Below are positions 1 through 8,005 of a DNA stretch of 64,000 nucleotides, piece after piece. The notes under the pieces were generated by a model. That model saw only the letters and a program-made list of their open reading frames with translations. It did not search any database and had not been told where the DNA came from. Origin of the DNA: a virus. Position numbers and translations under genes: made by a program. Location of the stretch: the IMG/VR virus record IMGVR_UViG_3300038312_000168, positions 1-64,000 of that record. The stretch is one strand, 5' to 3'. The number at the start of each line of letters is the position of its first letter. The first letter of the stretch is position 1.

Positions 1-33
1 GGGTGGGATTTAAAAAAATATAATATTATATTC

Positions 34-201
34 CTTACACGTGTAAGAATCATGTAAGATGGTCATTACATGAAATGCAATTTCATAAGTACATATGTAC
101 ATTATAATATGTACATAATATCCTTACGTGTAAGGATAATTATATTATCATTACACTATCCCCTTACGTGTAATGAATATCAAAATATCATTACGTGTAA
201 T
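34..201. repeat. AT-rich block with clustered TTAC..GTAA-type palindromes
   Basis: Perfect palindromes CTTACACGTGTAAG (34-47) and GTACATATGTAC (89-100); dyads CCTTAC-gt-GTAAGG (122-135), CTTAC-gt-GTAAT (163-174), ATTAC-gt-GTAAT (190-201) plus half-sites; same motif vocabulary recurs at 15.5-15.93 kb. Confidence 0.75.
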
Positions 202-454
202 AATATCATTACACTGTCTCCTACAAGAAATGTAATACCACAAAACAACGGAATTGATAACGAAAAAAAGAAAGTGTGAATATAGTCATTATTCGCAGAT
301 TTTGAAAAAATCGATAGCACTGGCTATAGTATAATATAATATTCCTTTGCTATTTTATTTATTGTCTTTAATAGTATTTAAAGGTTTCGGTTTTATCTTC
401 AAGATAATATTACACCTTGAGTAATAGTTGTAGAAATGGGGTATGACACATATG

Positions 455-592
455 CTACAATCAAAATATTACCCTATCTCTTTATATAGAAACATACAAA
501 TTCCAGACCTATCTCTGCTAGGATGAATAAATATACCACCGTGAAAAGTAGTGTCTGAAAAGTGATGTTTTACTCGAAGAATTGAGGAGATT
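455..592 (+). repeat. copy A of five-copy ~130-140 nt intergenic element
   Basis: Ordered blocks CTACAATCAAAA / CCAGACCTATCT / ATATACC / GATGTTTTACTCGAAGAATTGAGGAGATT shared with 2415-2545, 16510-16640, 50652-50788 and inverted 39839-39975; ends 8 nt from stop of 601..810(-); internal TTTATATA at 481-488. Confidence 0.8.
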
Positions 593-600
593 AAAAAAGG

Positions 601-810
601 TTACAGGTAGAGATGTTTATTCTGATTCTTGTAGACGTTCACAATCTTGTGTCCCTTGTCACTTTGCGAGTCTACATTAATCAGGTGCAGAAGATCCTCA
701 TAACTTACATAGAGTTTTTTGTTCTCTACGTTGATTTCAACAAACTCTTCACCGTTGATATATTTCTTACTCGCTTCTCCTACCTTTCTAAAATCAGCCA
801 AACTAAACAA
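601..810 (-). CDS. hypothetical protein (69 aa)
   Basis: ORF track; protein-like composition, but only a TTG start (no in-frame ATG) abutting AGAGG, so start is uncertain. Confidence 0.4.
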   Translation of the reverse strand: MFSLADFRKVGEASKKYINGEEFVEINVENKKLYVSYEDLLHLINVDSQSDKGHKIVNVYKNQNKHLYL

Positions 811-848
811 CCTCTGAATAAGAGGTTTGGTGAAAGGGTATAAAATAG

Positions 849-1136
849 TTATTGATTTGACATTTCAACTACACGCGCTTTGTTGTTACGCAAATCAATG
901 TATTTTTGGTGGTCAAAGTTCTTTTGCTCGCTCATACGCTTGTTTCCAAAGGTAAGCATGATGTAAATAAGAACATCATTACTTTCAAGACTTGCTGGAA
1001 CAGAGTAGGTAGCGCGCACTCCATTCATTTCAGATGACTCTGCTGCAAAGATTGATGCAAGTTCGTTCATTCGCTGAAAGCCCTGTTCAAAGACTCTCAA
1101 ATTGCTCTTCGGGATAAGGTATGTTTTGGTTGGCAT
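849..1136 (-). CDS. hypothetical protein (95 aa)
   Basis: ATG at 1136; A/T-rich TATA-like stretch ~30 nt upstream on minus strand; divergent from 1217 gene. Confidence 0.55.
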   Translation of the reverse strand: MPTKTYLIPKSNLRVFEQGFQRMNELASIFAAESSEMNGVRATYSVPASLESNDVLIYIMLTFGNKRMSEQKNFDHQKYIDLRNNKARVVEMSNQ

Positions 1137-1186
1137 AACCGTGTATATATCATGTAAGTATAAATAGTTTTTGTATAGAATAAAAC

Positions 1187-1194
1187 TTTATAAA
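1187..1194 (+). promoter_or_regulatory. archaeal TATA-box-like element for leaderless 1217 gene
   Basis: TTTATAAA centred ~26 nt upstream of the ATG at 1217, the spacing expected between archaeal TATA box and TSS. Confidence 0.4.
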
Positions 1195-1216
1195 CCTACA
1201 AACAAAACAGGTATGT

Positions 1217-1867
1217 ATGACAATCCTAAGTATGAAACATCGTAAGGTAATTGAAGATGAACCTACACTTGACCAGGAATCAGTTGATGCACTCAAGGCG
1301 TTTGTAGAAGAGCGTAAAGGGCCTGATATGGTGCGGATGCTGGAAGATTTAGGTTGGTTTGAATTTATCCGTCCATCGCCTTATATCTTTTTTGGGGTTT
1401 ATCATAGAGATCTTAATCCAAGCACGATTGCATTGATGTTCCGGCACATCTTCATGTATAATCCCAAGGTTCTATTCTACATTGCGCGTAGAGATATTAC
1501 TTACAAGCGTAAAGCGATTGCAAAGAGTGACCTGCTTGAAGTAATTATGGAAGAGTGCCGCGTGTGGAAATACATTTCAGGTGAACTAATCGACATTATG
1601 ATTGGTAGTGAATTTGATATCACTATTGCAGACAAAAATATTCAACTACTTCGCCCACGCTGGATGAGTAAAGAAGAGAAGAGAGATTTCAATAGACGTC
1701 TCACCGAAACACGCATAGAACTCTACGGTAAGGACACTACAAGCACCCATGATGAAGTAGATTTTGCAGATGATAGTATTAAGAATCGTGAAGTGCATGA
1801 GGTGTTTGCACTCTTTGAAGATGAGATTGAAGAGTTAAAGAAGAATCCGAAAAAAACTTTGGATTAA
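1217..1867 (+). CDS. hypothetical protein (216 aa)
   Basis: Long ORF with ATG start and upstream TATA-like box; no recognisable motifs. Confidence 0.6.
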   Translation: MTILSMKHRKVIEDEPTLDQESVDALKAFVEERKGPDMVRMLEDLGWFEFIRPSPYIFFGVYHRDLNPSTIALMFRHIFMYNPKVLFYIARRDITYKRKAIAKSDLLEVIMEECRVWKYISGELIDIMIGSEFDITIADKNIQLLRPRWMSKEEKRDFNRRLTETRIELYGKDTTSTHDEVDFADDSIKNREVHEVFALFEDEIEELKKNPKKTLD

Positions 1868-2414
1868 TACTCTTACTTTTTTAAAAAAACTTTAAAAAAA
1901 CTTTGACTTTCTGATGTGTTACCAGGAGAAAAAAAGGAGGATTAATGAGAATATTTATGAGTATCTTTAACTGTAACGATGTTATATTGTATTGGAATTA
2001 CACGAATTGACGCCAACCAAAACGTGTAATAAATCCCGAACCATGAGGAAGTGAGGCACAGCCGAATTCAAACGACAAGGAGATGCAATGACATTACGAA
2101 TCAGATTTTGTGTAATCACCTCGTAGAAAGTAGTAACATCACGGATGAACGTGTAAGAAAATTCATTGTAAGGAATTGCATGGTAAGTCATGTGAACGTT
2201 GTTCTCCGTGGTGTCCTATATCTTAAGTTGTTGCGTGAATATTTATACCTTTTGGTTTAGATACTTCTCTTACATTGAATGAAAGTTGATTTAATGTGTA
2301 AGGAAGTTATTTTGCGTTACGTGTGTCATTGTGTGTGACTATTTTCTTACGCGATACTTCTTACCCTGAATGTCATGTAGGAAACAGTAGCAGAAACCTA
2401 TGTGAGAACCCATG

Positions 2415-2545
2415 CCACAATCAAAAAAACATGCTGGAAACATGCAGTTTTGATAGGTTTTAGAGGTATAACTTGCAAAAAAGGTATAAACATACCACCG
2501 TGATAGTATAGTCGTTAATTTGCATGTTTTACTCGAAGGAAATCG
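2415..2545 (+). repeat. copy B (most diverged) of five-copy intergenic element
   Basis: CCACAATCAAAAAAAC ... AACATACCACCGTGA ... CATGTTTTACTCGAAGGAAATCG aligns block by block with copy A (AAATATACCACCGTGA ... GATGTTTTACTCGAAGAATTG). Confidence 0.65.
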
Positions 2546-2669
2546 CTTTGTTTTTCTAAACCCACAGAACTTGATTTGAATTTCAAAAACTCCCCAAATA
2601 CCCAAGAAAACGCCCAACTCGGTAAGCCACGCCACGCCTCTCCTTCTTCTCGGTGTCCATGTGTGTCCA

Positions 2670-3140
2670 CTATTGTTTATCTTTGTTCATCAATGCCCCT
2701 TTTTCGACATCAATGTATATATTTGAGCATTGATAACCAGGGATGTTCATTGATGCTAGTTTGTGGTATTTTCGCTCATATGAGTAAAAAACCATGAAAG
2801 GCATCATCTCAATAATGGGATAAAGTTTTGACTTTTTGAATACCTGGCCGTGCAACACATAACCATCTGGCCGTGCAACGTGACCGGTGATTATCACCGT
2901 ATCAGCATAGGGTAATGTGAATAACGCGCGATCATAAACGGTGATTATTCTATCCGTTTTTTGATTCGCATTCCCTTTGTTTTGTGTCTGTTTTTTTAAT
3001 CTCCATAGATTAGCCGTATTTTGTTGTTGGTTACACCCTTGTAGATTGCGTATAATCGACGATCTCACATCAGGTAGGGTAAAAGTATCACCTGTAAAAT
3101 TGATACGCTTAAAACGCTTATAATCAGGTGATAGTATCAT
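2670..3140 (-). CDS. hypothetical protein (156 aa)
   Basis: ORF track, ATG start at 3140; no recognisable motifs. Confidence 0.5.
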   Translation of the reverse strand: MILSPDYKRFKRINFTGDTFTLPDVRSSIIRNLQGCNQQQNTANLWRLKKQTQNKGNANQKTDRIITVYDRALFTLPYADTVIITGHVARPDGYVLHGQVFKKSKLYPIIEMMPFMVFYSYERKYHKLASMNIPGYQCSNIYIDVEKGALMNKDKQ

Positions 3141-3538
3141 TGTATATTAGATAGGGTTTACTTTTACTTAAAGTATAGGAATCCTTATATGTTGGTAACA
3201 TAGGTATATAAACGGAGTATAAGCGTATCAGTTAGAATCTTTTATTTTGGGTTACGTTTATCAATTCAGGGTTATCTAGGTTATTTTTCTGTTTTTCATG
3301 TGACATTTCGATAGGTATAAATACTCTTGAGTATACCTCTATGTATCCCGTGGATACCCTAGCGTGTGGATAGGGTACGACGTAAGCAGAACCGGAGCGA
3401 AAGCCTATTCCAGTCTTTTACTTACCACCATTACATTACTATGTAGGATGCGGAAAGTCTCAAACAAGAGGATAAGGTAAGTAGTGCATGTGTATCTTTA
3501 ATGCGTAATGCAAGCGGATACGCCGGTATACAAATAGT

Positions 3539-3581
3539 GTGCTCCATCGTTTTAGACGTGAGATCAAATCTAATGGAGCAC
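3539..3581 (+). promoter_or_regulatory. intercistronic hairpin module 1
   Basis: Stem GTGCTCCAT/ATGGAGCAC, 25-nt loop containing TTTTAGACGTGAGATCAAAT; followed by CCC-taaat-GGG mini-hairpin and SD GGTAAGGAAGTG of 3610 gene. Confidence 0.6.
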
Positions 3582-3609
3582 ATGCCCTAAATGGGTAAGG
3601 AAGTGTATT

Positions 3610-3801
3610 ATGGGTGATTTAGGTTACTCTGTAAAATGTTATGACTGTGGAAGAGAATTTTTATGTGGTGAGCATTTTTTTTCGTATCCGCCATCAGAAC
3701 GTGTTTGTTATCATTGTGCGTCTAAACGGCAACAATACGCTATAGACGTATCAGAGACATATACTGATGATTTAGAGCCGTGTTTACCCTACTATGATTA
3801 A
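3610..3801 (+). CDS. small zinc-ribbon protein (63 aa)
   Basis: CYDC ... CYHC cysteine pairs; ATG preceded by AAGGAAGTG SD. Confidence 0.6.
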   Translation: MGDLGYSVKCYDCGREFLCGEHFFSYPPSERVCYHCASKRQQYAIDVSETYTDDLEPCLPYYD

Positions 3802-3813
3802 AGAGGTAAGAGA

Positions 3814-4056
3814 ATGCCAAAAATGACACGTAAATCTGTTATGGTATACTACTTTGTGGTTATGAAAAATGGAGGTATCGTTAAGGAAACAGCAAAATAC
3901 ACTGTAATTGATGGAATTTATAAAGATAGGAATGTGTATGTAGGAAACAAGGGAGCTGTTAGAATTGGAAGAACAATTACAGATAGTATTTCAATCACTG
4001 ATACGTTTAATTTTGAAATTATGTTTGATATGGTCGAAAAACATAGGAATAGATAA
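3814..4056 (+). CDS. hypothetical protein (80 aa)
   Basis: ATG preceded by AGAGGTAAGAG; same-strand array. Confidence 0.55.
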   Translation: MPKMTRKSVMVYYFVVMKNGGIVKETAKYTVIDGIYKDRNVYVGNKGAVRIGRTITDSISITDTFNFEIMFDMVEKHRNR

Positions 4057-4095
4057 CCCTATCATTTTAGATGTGGCATCAATGCAAATAGGGTT
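4055..4095 (+). promoter_or_regulatory. intercistronic hairpin module 2
   Basis: Stem AACCCTAT/ATAGGGTT overlapping stop codon, loop with TTTTAGATGTGGCATCAAT, then T5 run, second hairpin CCCTACTA/TAGTAGGG running into SD GGGAGGAAGTG. Confidence 0.6.
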
Positions 4096-4135
4096 TTTAC
4101 CCTACTAGGTATTTAGTAGGGAGGAAGTGTGAAAA

Positions 4136-4564
4136 ATGGAAATCTACGAAAGGAAACTGACAACTGCTAGAGCACTCGAACAACTGGAAAAACTCTTTGT
4201 GTCGCTCAATGAGCGTTTGGAGGAGGATATAGGCAATTTTAATGGTGAGAGAGAGTTTTTTGTAGTAGTTGAACATGATAATGGTTATATGGTCGGTGAT
4301 TACAACAGAAATGACTGGAAAACTGATAGAGCAAAAATCGGATACCGTAATGGAGAGTTTTGTCTGATTTGTCACAATGCAAGTTACGACGAGCAATACC
4401 GGGATTATTTTAAGGTTGATTCCGGTGAGTTTTGGAGGATTAAAAAGATTAATTTCGCTGAAATGTTTAATGCTCTTATAATGGTAGTAGAAACGTATAA
4501 TGTGAAGTCAAAAGCAAAAGATGAAGAGATAGAGCGTTTTCTTGAAATTGCCAAACAATTTTAA
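4136..4564 (+). CDS. hypothetical protein (142 aa)
   Basis: ATG with strong SD GGGAGGAAGTG upstream. Confidence 0.6.
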   Translation: MEIYERKLTTARALEQLEKLFVSLNERLEEDIGNFNGEREFFVVVEHDNGYMVGDYNRNDWKTDRAKIGYRNGEFCLICHNASYDEQYRDYFKVDSGEFWRIKKINFAEMFNALIMVVETYNVKSKAKDEEIERFLEIAKQF

Positions 4565-4606
4565 CCCTTTTTACATCAGGTAATGAGATTCAATTCTCTA
4601 AAGGGT
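4564..4606 (+). promoter_or_regulatory. intercistronic hairpin module 3
   Basis: Stem ACCCTTT/AAAGGGT, 29-nt loop containing GAGATTCAAT; followed by CCCA-aaa-TGGG and SD TAGGAAGTG. Confidence 0.5.
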
Positions 4607-4637
4607 ATTTCCCAAAATGGGATTAGGAAGTGTTTAA

Positions 4638-5123
4638 ATGAATGTTAAAACGGTATTACATGGTATTGTAAAGCGAATAGGCGATGATCTCTATCGTAAT
4701 GAAAATGATAAAGTGGTGCATAAGACTGATGAATTTAGAGATTTGTATTTTAACGCTCATAATGGGTTTATGCCCGACGATATAATCTATGAGCATATCT
4801 ATCATATCATTTCTGAAATTGAGATGTATCTACGGTATAAAGAAGATGATTGTGACGATATAGATGATTTGATAGATGAACTAACAGAAGAGATCAACAT
4901 AGAACCTGATCAGTATACTGGTGCTTTACTTGATTGGTTATCGTCAAATCTTAACAGATACGCTATTGCTGAAGAACTATACCAACAGGATTACAAGTAT
5001 GGTTCATTGTTTGATCTTATGCAAGTAGCACAATCTACAGAGATTGAAGAGGTTAAAATGTCTATACTCAATGATTTAAGGAGTATGGTGGAAGAGGAAG
5101 AGGATAAGGAAGATGAAAGTTAA
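4638..5123 (+). CDS. hypothetical acidic protein (161 aa)
   Basis: ORF track; SD AGGAAGTG upstream; Asp/Glu-rich C-terminus. Confidence 0.6.
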   Translation: MNVKTVLHGIVKRIGDDLYRNENDKVVHKTDEFRDLYFNAHNGFMPDDIIYEHIYHIISEIEMYLRYKEDDCDDIDDLIDELTEEINIEPDQYTGALLDWLSSNLNRYAIAEELYQQDYKYGSLFDLMQVAQSTEIEEVKMSILNDLRSMVEEEEDKEDES

Positions 5124-5274
5124 AGAATTAATTAAAGAGTTACAAAATTGTAACCCTGAAAAAGACGTTATTTATATTGAAGATGGAATATATAAAATGC
5201 TTATTGTAGAAATGAAAGAATGTCGATATTATACGGTTTTATCTGGTGTTCCACTAGATGAATTTAAACCATAA
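5113..5274 (+). CDS. hypothetical small protein (53 aa, below track cutoff)
   Basis: ATG 5113 overlaps the end of the upstream gene (stop 5121-5123); uninterrupted to TAA 5272-5274, which sits at the foot of hairpin module 4. Confidence 0.45.
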   Translation: MKVKELIKELQNCNPEKDVIYIEDGIYKMLIVEMKECRYYTVLSGVPLDEFKP

Positions 5275-5320
5275 ACCCTTTAACTTTTTGAAGTTGTTAA
5301 GTTCATTACTTAAAAGGGTT
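5274..5320 (+). promoter_or_regulatory. intercistronic hairpin module 4
   Basis: Stem AACCCTTTAA/TTAAAAGGGTT (one bulge), 26-nt loop; followed by T-run, CCC-gaaa-GGG and SD GGTGAGG. Confidence 0.5.
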
Positions 5321-5345
5321 TTACCCGAAAGGGTGAGGTAAAACT

Positions 5346-5510
5346 ATGTTACACGTTCTGAAAAGCGAAAACAGAGATGTAGAAAGGTTTTTGTCGAAAT
5401 GCACGATTAGAATACCCTGCAATCATTGTTATGGTGCTGGCTGTGCTCATTGTAGTGGATTTGGGTATACACGTGAAATCATAGACTCACGTAAGGTTAT
5501 AGAGGTTTGA
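5346..5510 (+). CDS. mini-protein with DnaJ-type CxxCxGxG zinc-finger repeat (54 aa, below track cutoff)
   Basis: Translation contains CNHCYGAGCAHCSGFG (two consecutive CxxCxGxG units); SD GGTGAGG ~7 nt upstream of ATG 5346; stop TGA 5508-5510. Confidence 0.5.
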   Translation: MLHVLKSENRDVERFLSKCTIRIPCNHCYGAGCAHCSGFGYTREIIDSRKVIEV

Positions 5511-5512
5511 TT

Positions 5513-5914
5513 ATGGATTATGAACTTTTAAACGAGATCAATGATAATGATGCTAAAGAGATGGAAGAGTATAGGATAGAAGAACCAGAAAGGGATAATC
5601 CTGTAATAGAGGAAGGATGTATCTTTGATGGCGCGAGGGGTATATACATATTCTATCTTGCTGTGCGTTATGCGATTGAAAATGGGTTTAATCCCTCCGA
5701 TGAATGGAAAGAACAAGTAAAAAGAGCACAAGAGAAAGGAGAAGATGAAGAGGATTATCTTACTCATAATTATGAATGGATATTTGACGAAATGGAGAAC
5801 GCCGAAGATTGGTTAAATGCTGAAATAGCAGATGATGAGCATTATTTTGGGACTGTCCTTGATGGAACGGATTGGGGATATTGGGAAGTAGAAGAGGATT
5901 GGTTATCTATTTAA
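5513..5914 (+). CDS. hypothetical acidic protein (133 aa)
   Basis: Track start 5507 is TTG; ATG at 5513 preceded by AGAGG. Confidence 0.6.
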   Translation: MDYELLNEINDNDAKEMEEYRIEEPERDNPVIEEGCIFDGARGIYIFYLAVRYAIENGFNPSDEWKEQVKRAQEKGEDEEDYLTHNYEWIFDEMENAEDWLNAEIADDEHYFGTVLDGTDWGYWEVEEDWLSI

Positions 5915-5920
5915 ATATAC

Positions 5921-5962
5921 ACCCTTTTTCATTTTAGATGTTGGTTCAATCCAGAAAAGGGT
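5921..5962 (+). promoter_or_regulatory. intercistronic hairpin module 5
   Basis: Stem ACCCTTTT/AAAAGGGT, loop with TTTTAGATGTTGGTTCAAT; then T5, CCC-gaaa-GGG and SD GGGAGAGTG. Confidence 0.6.
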
Positions 5963-5987
5963 TTTTCCCGAAAGGGAGAGTGATTAC

Positions 5988-6380
5988 ATGGAAAAATGGG
6001 TATTTCTTACTGGAGATGTAAACTGGAAACAGTTTGGCGCTAAATGGTTTAAGATTGATAGTTATGATAATGATTATTGTTACGTCATTGAGATAATTAA
6101 TTTTGAGGATGCTACAGGAGAAAAAATCAAGGTTGATGAAGGTGAATACCGTTATGTTGGTATTCTCTATACGGTTCTCTTGGATAATGAAAGTGCTATA
6201 AAATCAGCATTATCATCATTTGGTGAAACACTAGAGGATCTTAAGGGATTAACCAAAAAACAAAGGGTAAAACGTATTGCTGAAGCAATTTCTTCTTATG
6301 GTTATCCTATGGATAGGGATGAAGAATTGTATTCTAATAATGCTGATACGCTTTTAGCAGAACTAAAGAATATGAGGTAA
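5988..6380 (+). CDS. hypothetical protein (130 aa)
   Basis: ORF track; SD GGGAGAGTG upstream. Confidence 0.6.
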   Translation: MEKWVFLTGDVNWKQFGAKWFKIDSYDNDYCYVIEIINFEDATGEKIKVDEGEYRYVGILYTVLLDNESAIKSALSSFGETLEDLKGLTKKQRVKRIAEAISSYGYPMDRDEELYSNNADTLLAELKNMR

Positions 6381-6385
6381 GTATA

Positions 6386-6805
6386 ATGGAGTTTTCAGAT
6401 ATTCTTAAAGCGTTATGGCATTCTTCCTATGCAAGTGCATTATCAGAACCGAAAGTGCATGTATTTGTAGGGAATAGTAGGCATATCAGTATTTCACCGT
6501 TCTATAATGCGAATTGTGATACGGGATTTGAAGACGAAAAGAAAATGTTACAAGGGAAATTGAGTAAGATTAACCTAAATTTGTTTAAAAACTTTCATCT
6601 ACTTTGTTTTACGGAATTACTCATTATTCCAAAGTTTAAGGCTGGAAAAGTTATTGTGATTAATGAGTATGGTGATTTCGTAAACGAGATTCACGTAAAA
6701 AACATACAGACTATTATCAGTTTTAATCCGTTAACGGTTTTCAGGGTTAAAACACGTCAAGACGTGGAATTAAAGGGTAATAATGTTAGGATGGTGAGGA
6801 AATGA
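6386..6805 (+). CDS. hypothetical protein (139 aa)
   Basis: ORF track; 5-nt gap to upstream gene, ATGA overlap with next gene. Confidence 0.55.
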   Translation: MEFSDILKALWHSSYASALSEPKVHVFVGNSRHISISPFYNANCDTGFEDEKKMLQGKLSKINLNLFKNFHLLCFTELLIIPKFKAGKVIVINEYGDFVNEIHVKNIQTIISFNPLTVFRVKTRQDVELKGNNVRMVRK

Positions 6806-7029
6806 CCTTTAAAGTTTATATTGTCGCATGGAAAAATGGAAGTAGTCAAATTGGAGTAAAATGCCTAGGTAAAAACTGGGAAAAACGTTTTGCATCAGAG
6901 ATTGATGATATTGATCAGGTTTTTGGCACTCAAATACCGCACAGAGTTATCGCTGATACTCCTGATGGATATAGGATTATGACTCCTTCAGAGGCGAAGA
7001 AAAAGGGATTTGAGTATAGATTTATTTAA
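6802..7029 (+). CDS. hypothetical protein (75 aa)
   Basis: ATGA start/stop overlap with upstream gene (translational coupling). Confidence 0.55.
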   Translation: MTFKVYIVAWKNGSSQIGVKCLGKNWEKRFASEIDDIDQVFGTQIPHRVIADTPDGYRIMTPSEAKKKGFEYRFI

Positions 7030-7100
7030 TTCTCTTTTACTTTTCATAAAGGTTAATGGGATTCATTAACCGTGAAGAAGTGCTAAGGAGATGAAGAAGA

Positions 7101-7412
7101 ATGTCGTTTGAATTGACGAATCAAGGATTTATGGCCAAAGTAGGAAATTATGAGATTGAGCATTACAGTAGTGGAGTGTTTGAAGATGATGTGAAAGTAA
7201 AGCGTAATGGAAAAGAATTGTTTACTATTGCGTTTCCCATCGTCTCACATGATTATAAAATACATCCTGTTATGATCATAGGAGATGAACATATCAATTT
7301 AGATGTTTTTGAAATGAGCAATTATCCCAACGATGATGGAATAGCTCAGGAAATGTATTACAACGAGATTTATGTGTATGTGCTGGAACAAATTATAAAG
7401 GAATTAGAATAA
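7101..7412 (+). CDS. hypothetical protein (103 aa)
   Basis: ORF track; SD TAAGGAGATG upstream. Confidence 0.55.
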   Translation: MSFELTNQGFMAKVGNYEIEHYSSGVFEDDVKVKRNGKELFTIAFPIVSHDYKIHPVMIIGDEHINLDVFEMSNYPNDDGIAQEMYYNEIYVYVLEQIIKELE

Positions 7413-7483
7413 CTTTAAAAAACTTTAATCTTTTCGTGTTGTTAAGTAGATGTGGTTAATGGGATTATTGGAGATGTGAGATT

Positions 7484-7963
7484 ATGAAGGATTACAGAGA
7501 GTTTACAGTATTTGAAAGAGAAACGATTGATGATATTTGTATCGAAATGCACAAACAACGCTTATCACGTTGTAAAATATGTGTAAATATGCATAGGTAT
7601 AACAATGTGGGATTATGGTTTAAATTTGATAATGATCCGTATTATGCATACCCTTTAACCCTTGAAAAAGCGATAGAATCATTTGTAAAAGAAATACCAA
7701 TAGAACTATTCGATTTTAATTATGATGATAGTTATCCTGATTATTCCGACGATGATATTTTTAAGGAGATTGATGAGATTCAGGAATATGAATCTGATAT
7801 GGTTTTACACAATGTAAAACAGATTCTTTATTACCTGTATATTGGTGATTTGGAAACTATCAAAACGGCACTTGATGATATTGATTATTGTTATCAAGCG
7901 GGGAAAGATTATAATGATGAATTAGAGACATTGAAAGAAATTGTAAAGGAATATACAAGTTAA
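7484..7963 (+). CDS. hypothetical acidic protein (159 aa)
   Basis: ORF track; SD GGAGATGTG upstream; last gene of + array. Confidence 0.6.
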   Translation: MKDYREFTVFERETIDDICIEMHKQRLSRCKICVNMHRYNNVGLWFKFDNDPYYAYPLTLEKAIESFVKEIPIELFDFNYDDSYPDYSDDDIFKEIDEIQEYESDMVLHNVKQILYYLYIGDLETIKTALDDIDYCYQAGKDYNDELETLKEIVKEYTS

Positions 7964-7968
7964 GTTTA

Positions 7969-8005
7969 GGTTAAGTCAACTTCGGTTGCCTTAACCACTT
8001 TTTTT
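7969..8005 (+). terminator. hairpin plus T7 run ending the + strand small-gene array
   Basis: GGTTAAG-tCAAC-ttcg-GTTGc-CTTAACC nested stem (7969-7996) followed by T7 (7999-8005), 6 nt after stop of 7484..7963. Confidence 0.5.

Noticed and set aside
70-279. 69-aa + strand ORF in the first AT block
   Set aside because: The translation is low-complexity (Ile/Asn/Tyr-rich) and is generated by the palindromic repeats themselves. It has no SD or TATA in a sensible position, so it was treated as non-coding.
521-568. C/D-box sRNA inside the five-copy element (GGATGAA ... CTGA ... GTGATGT in copy A)
   Set aside because: The box-like strings are imperfect, no terminal D box is present, and they are not conserved in copies C, D or E.
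613-843. 76-aa + strand ORF antisense to 601..810
   Set aside because: It mirrors the minus-strand ORF and has an implausible hydrophobic low-complexity sequence. The minus-strand product looks more protein-like.
1945-2797. ORFs 1982..2191(-), 2051..2260(+), 2339..2635(-), 2576..2797(+) and a 21-codon ORF behind a strong AAGGAGGA at 1945
   Set aside because: They overlap one another and repeat copy B, with odd compositions and mostly no credible start context. 1982..2191 has a GGAGAA 9 nt upstream and cannot be fully excluded. None could be supported from sequence alone.
3539-5962. Integron-like attC sites separating gene cassettes
   Set aside because: The hairpins superficially resemble attC sites: imperfect inverted repeats after each small ORF. 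But there is no integrase or attI in the window. The T-runs and SD-sequestering second hairpins fit a transcript-level function better.
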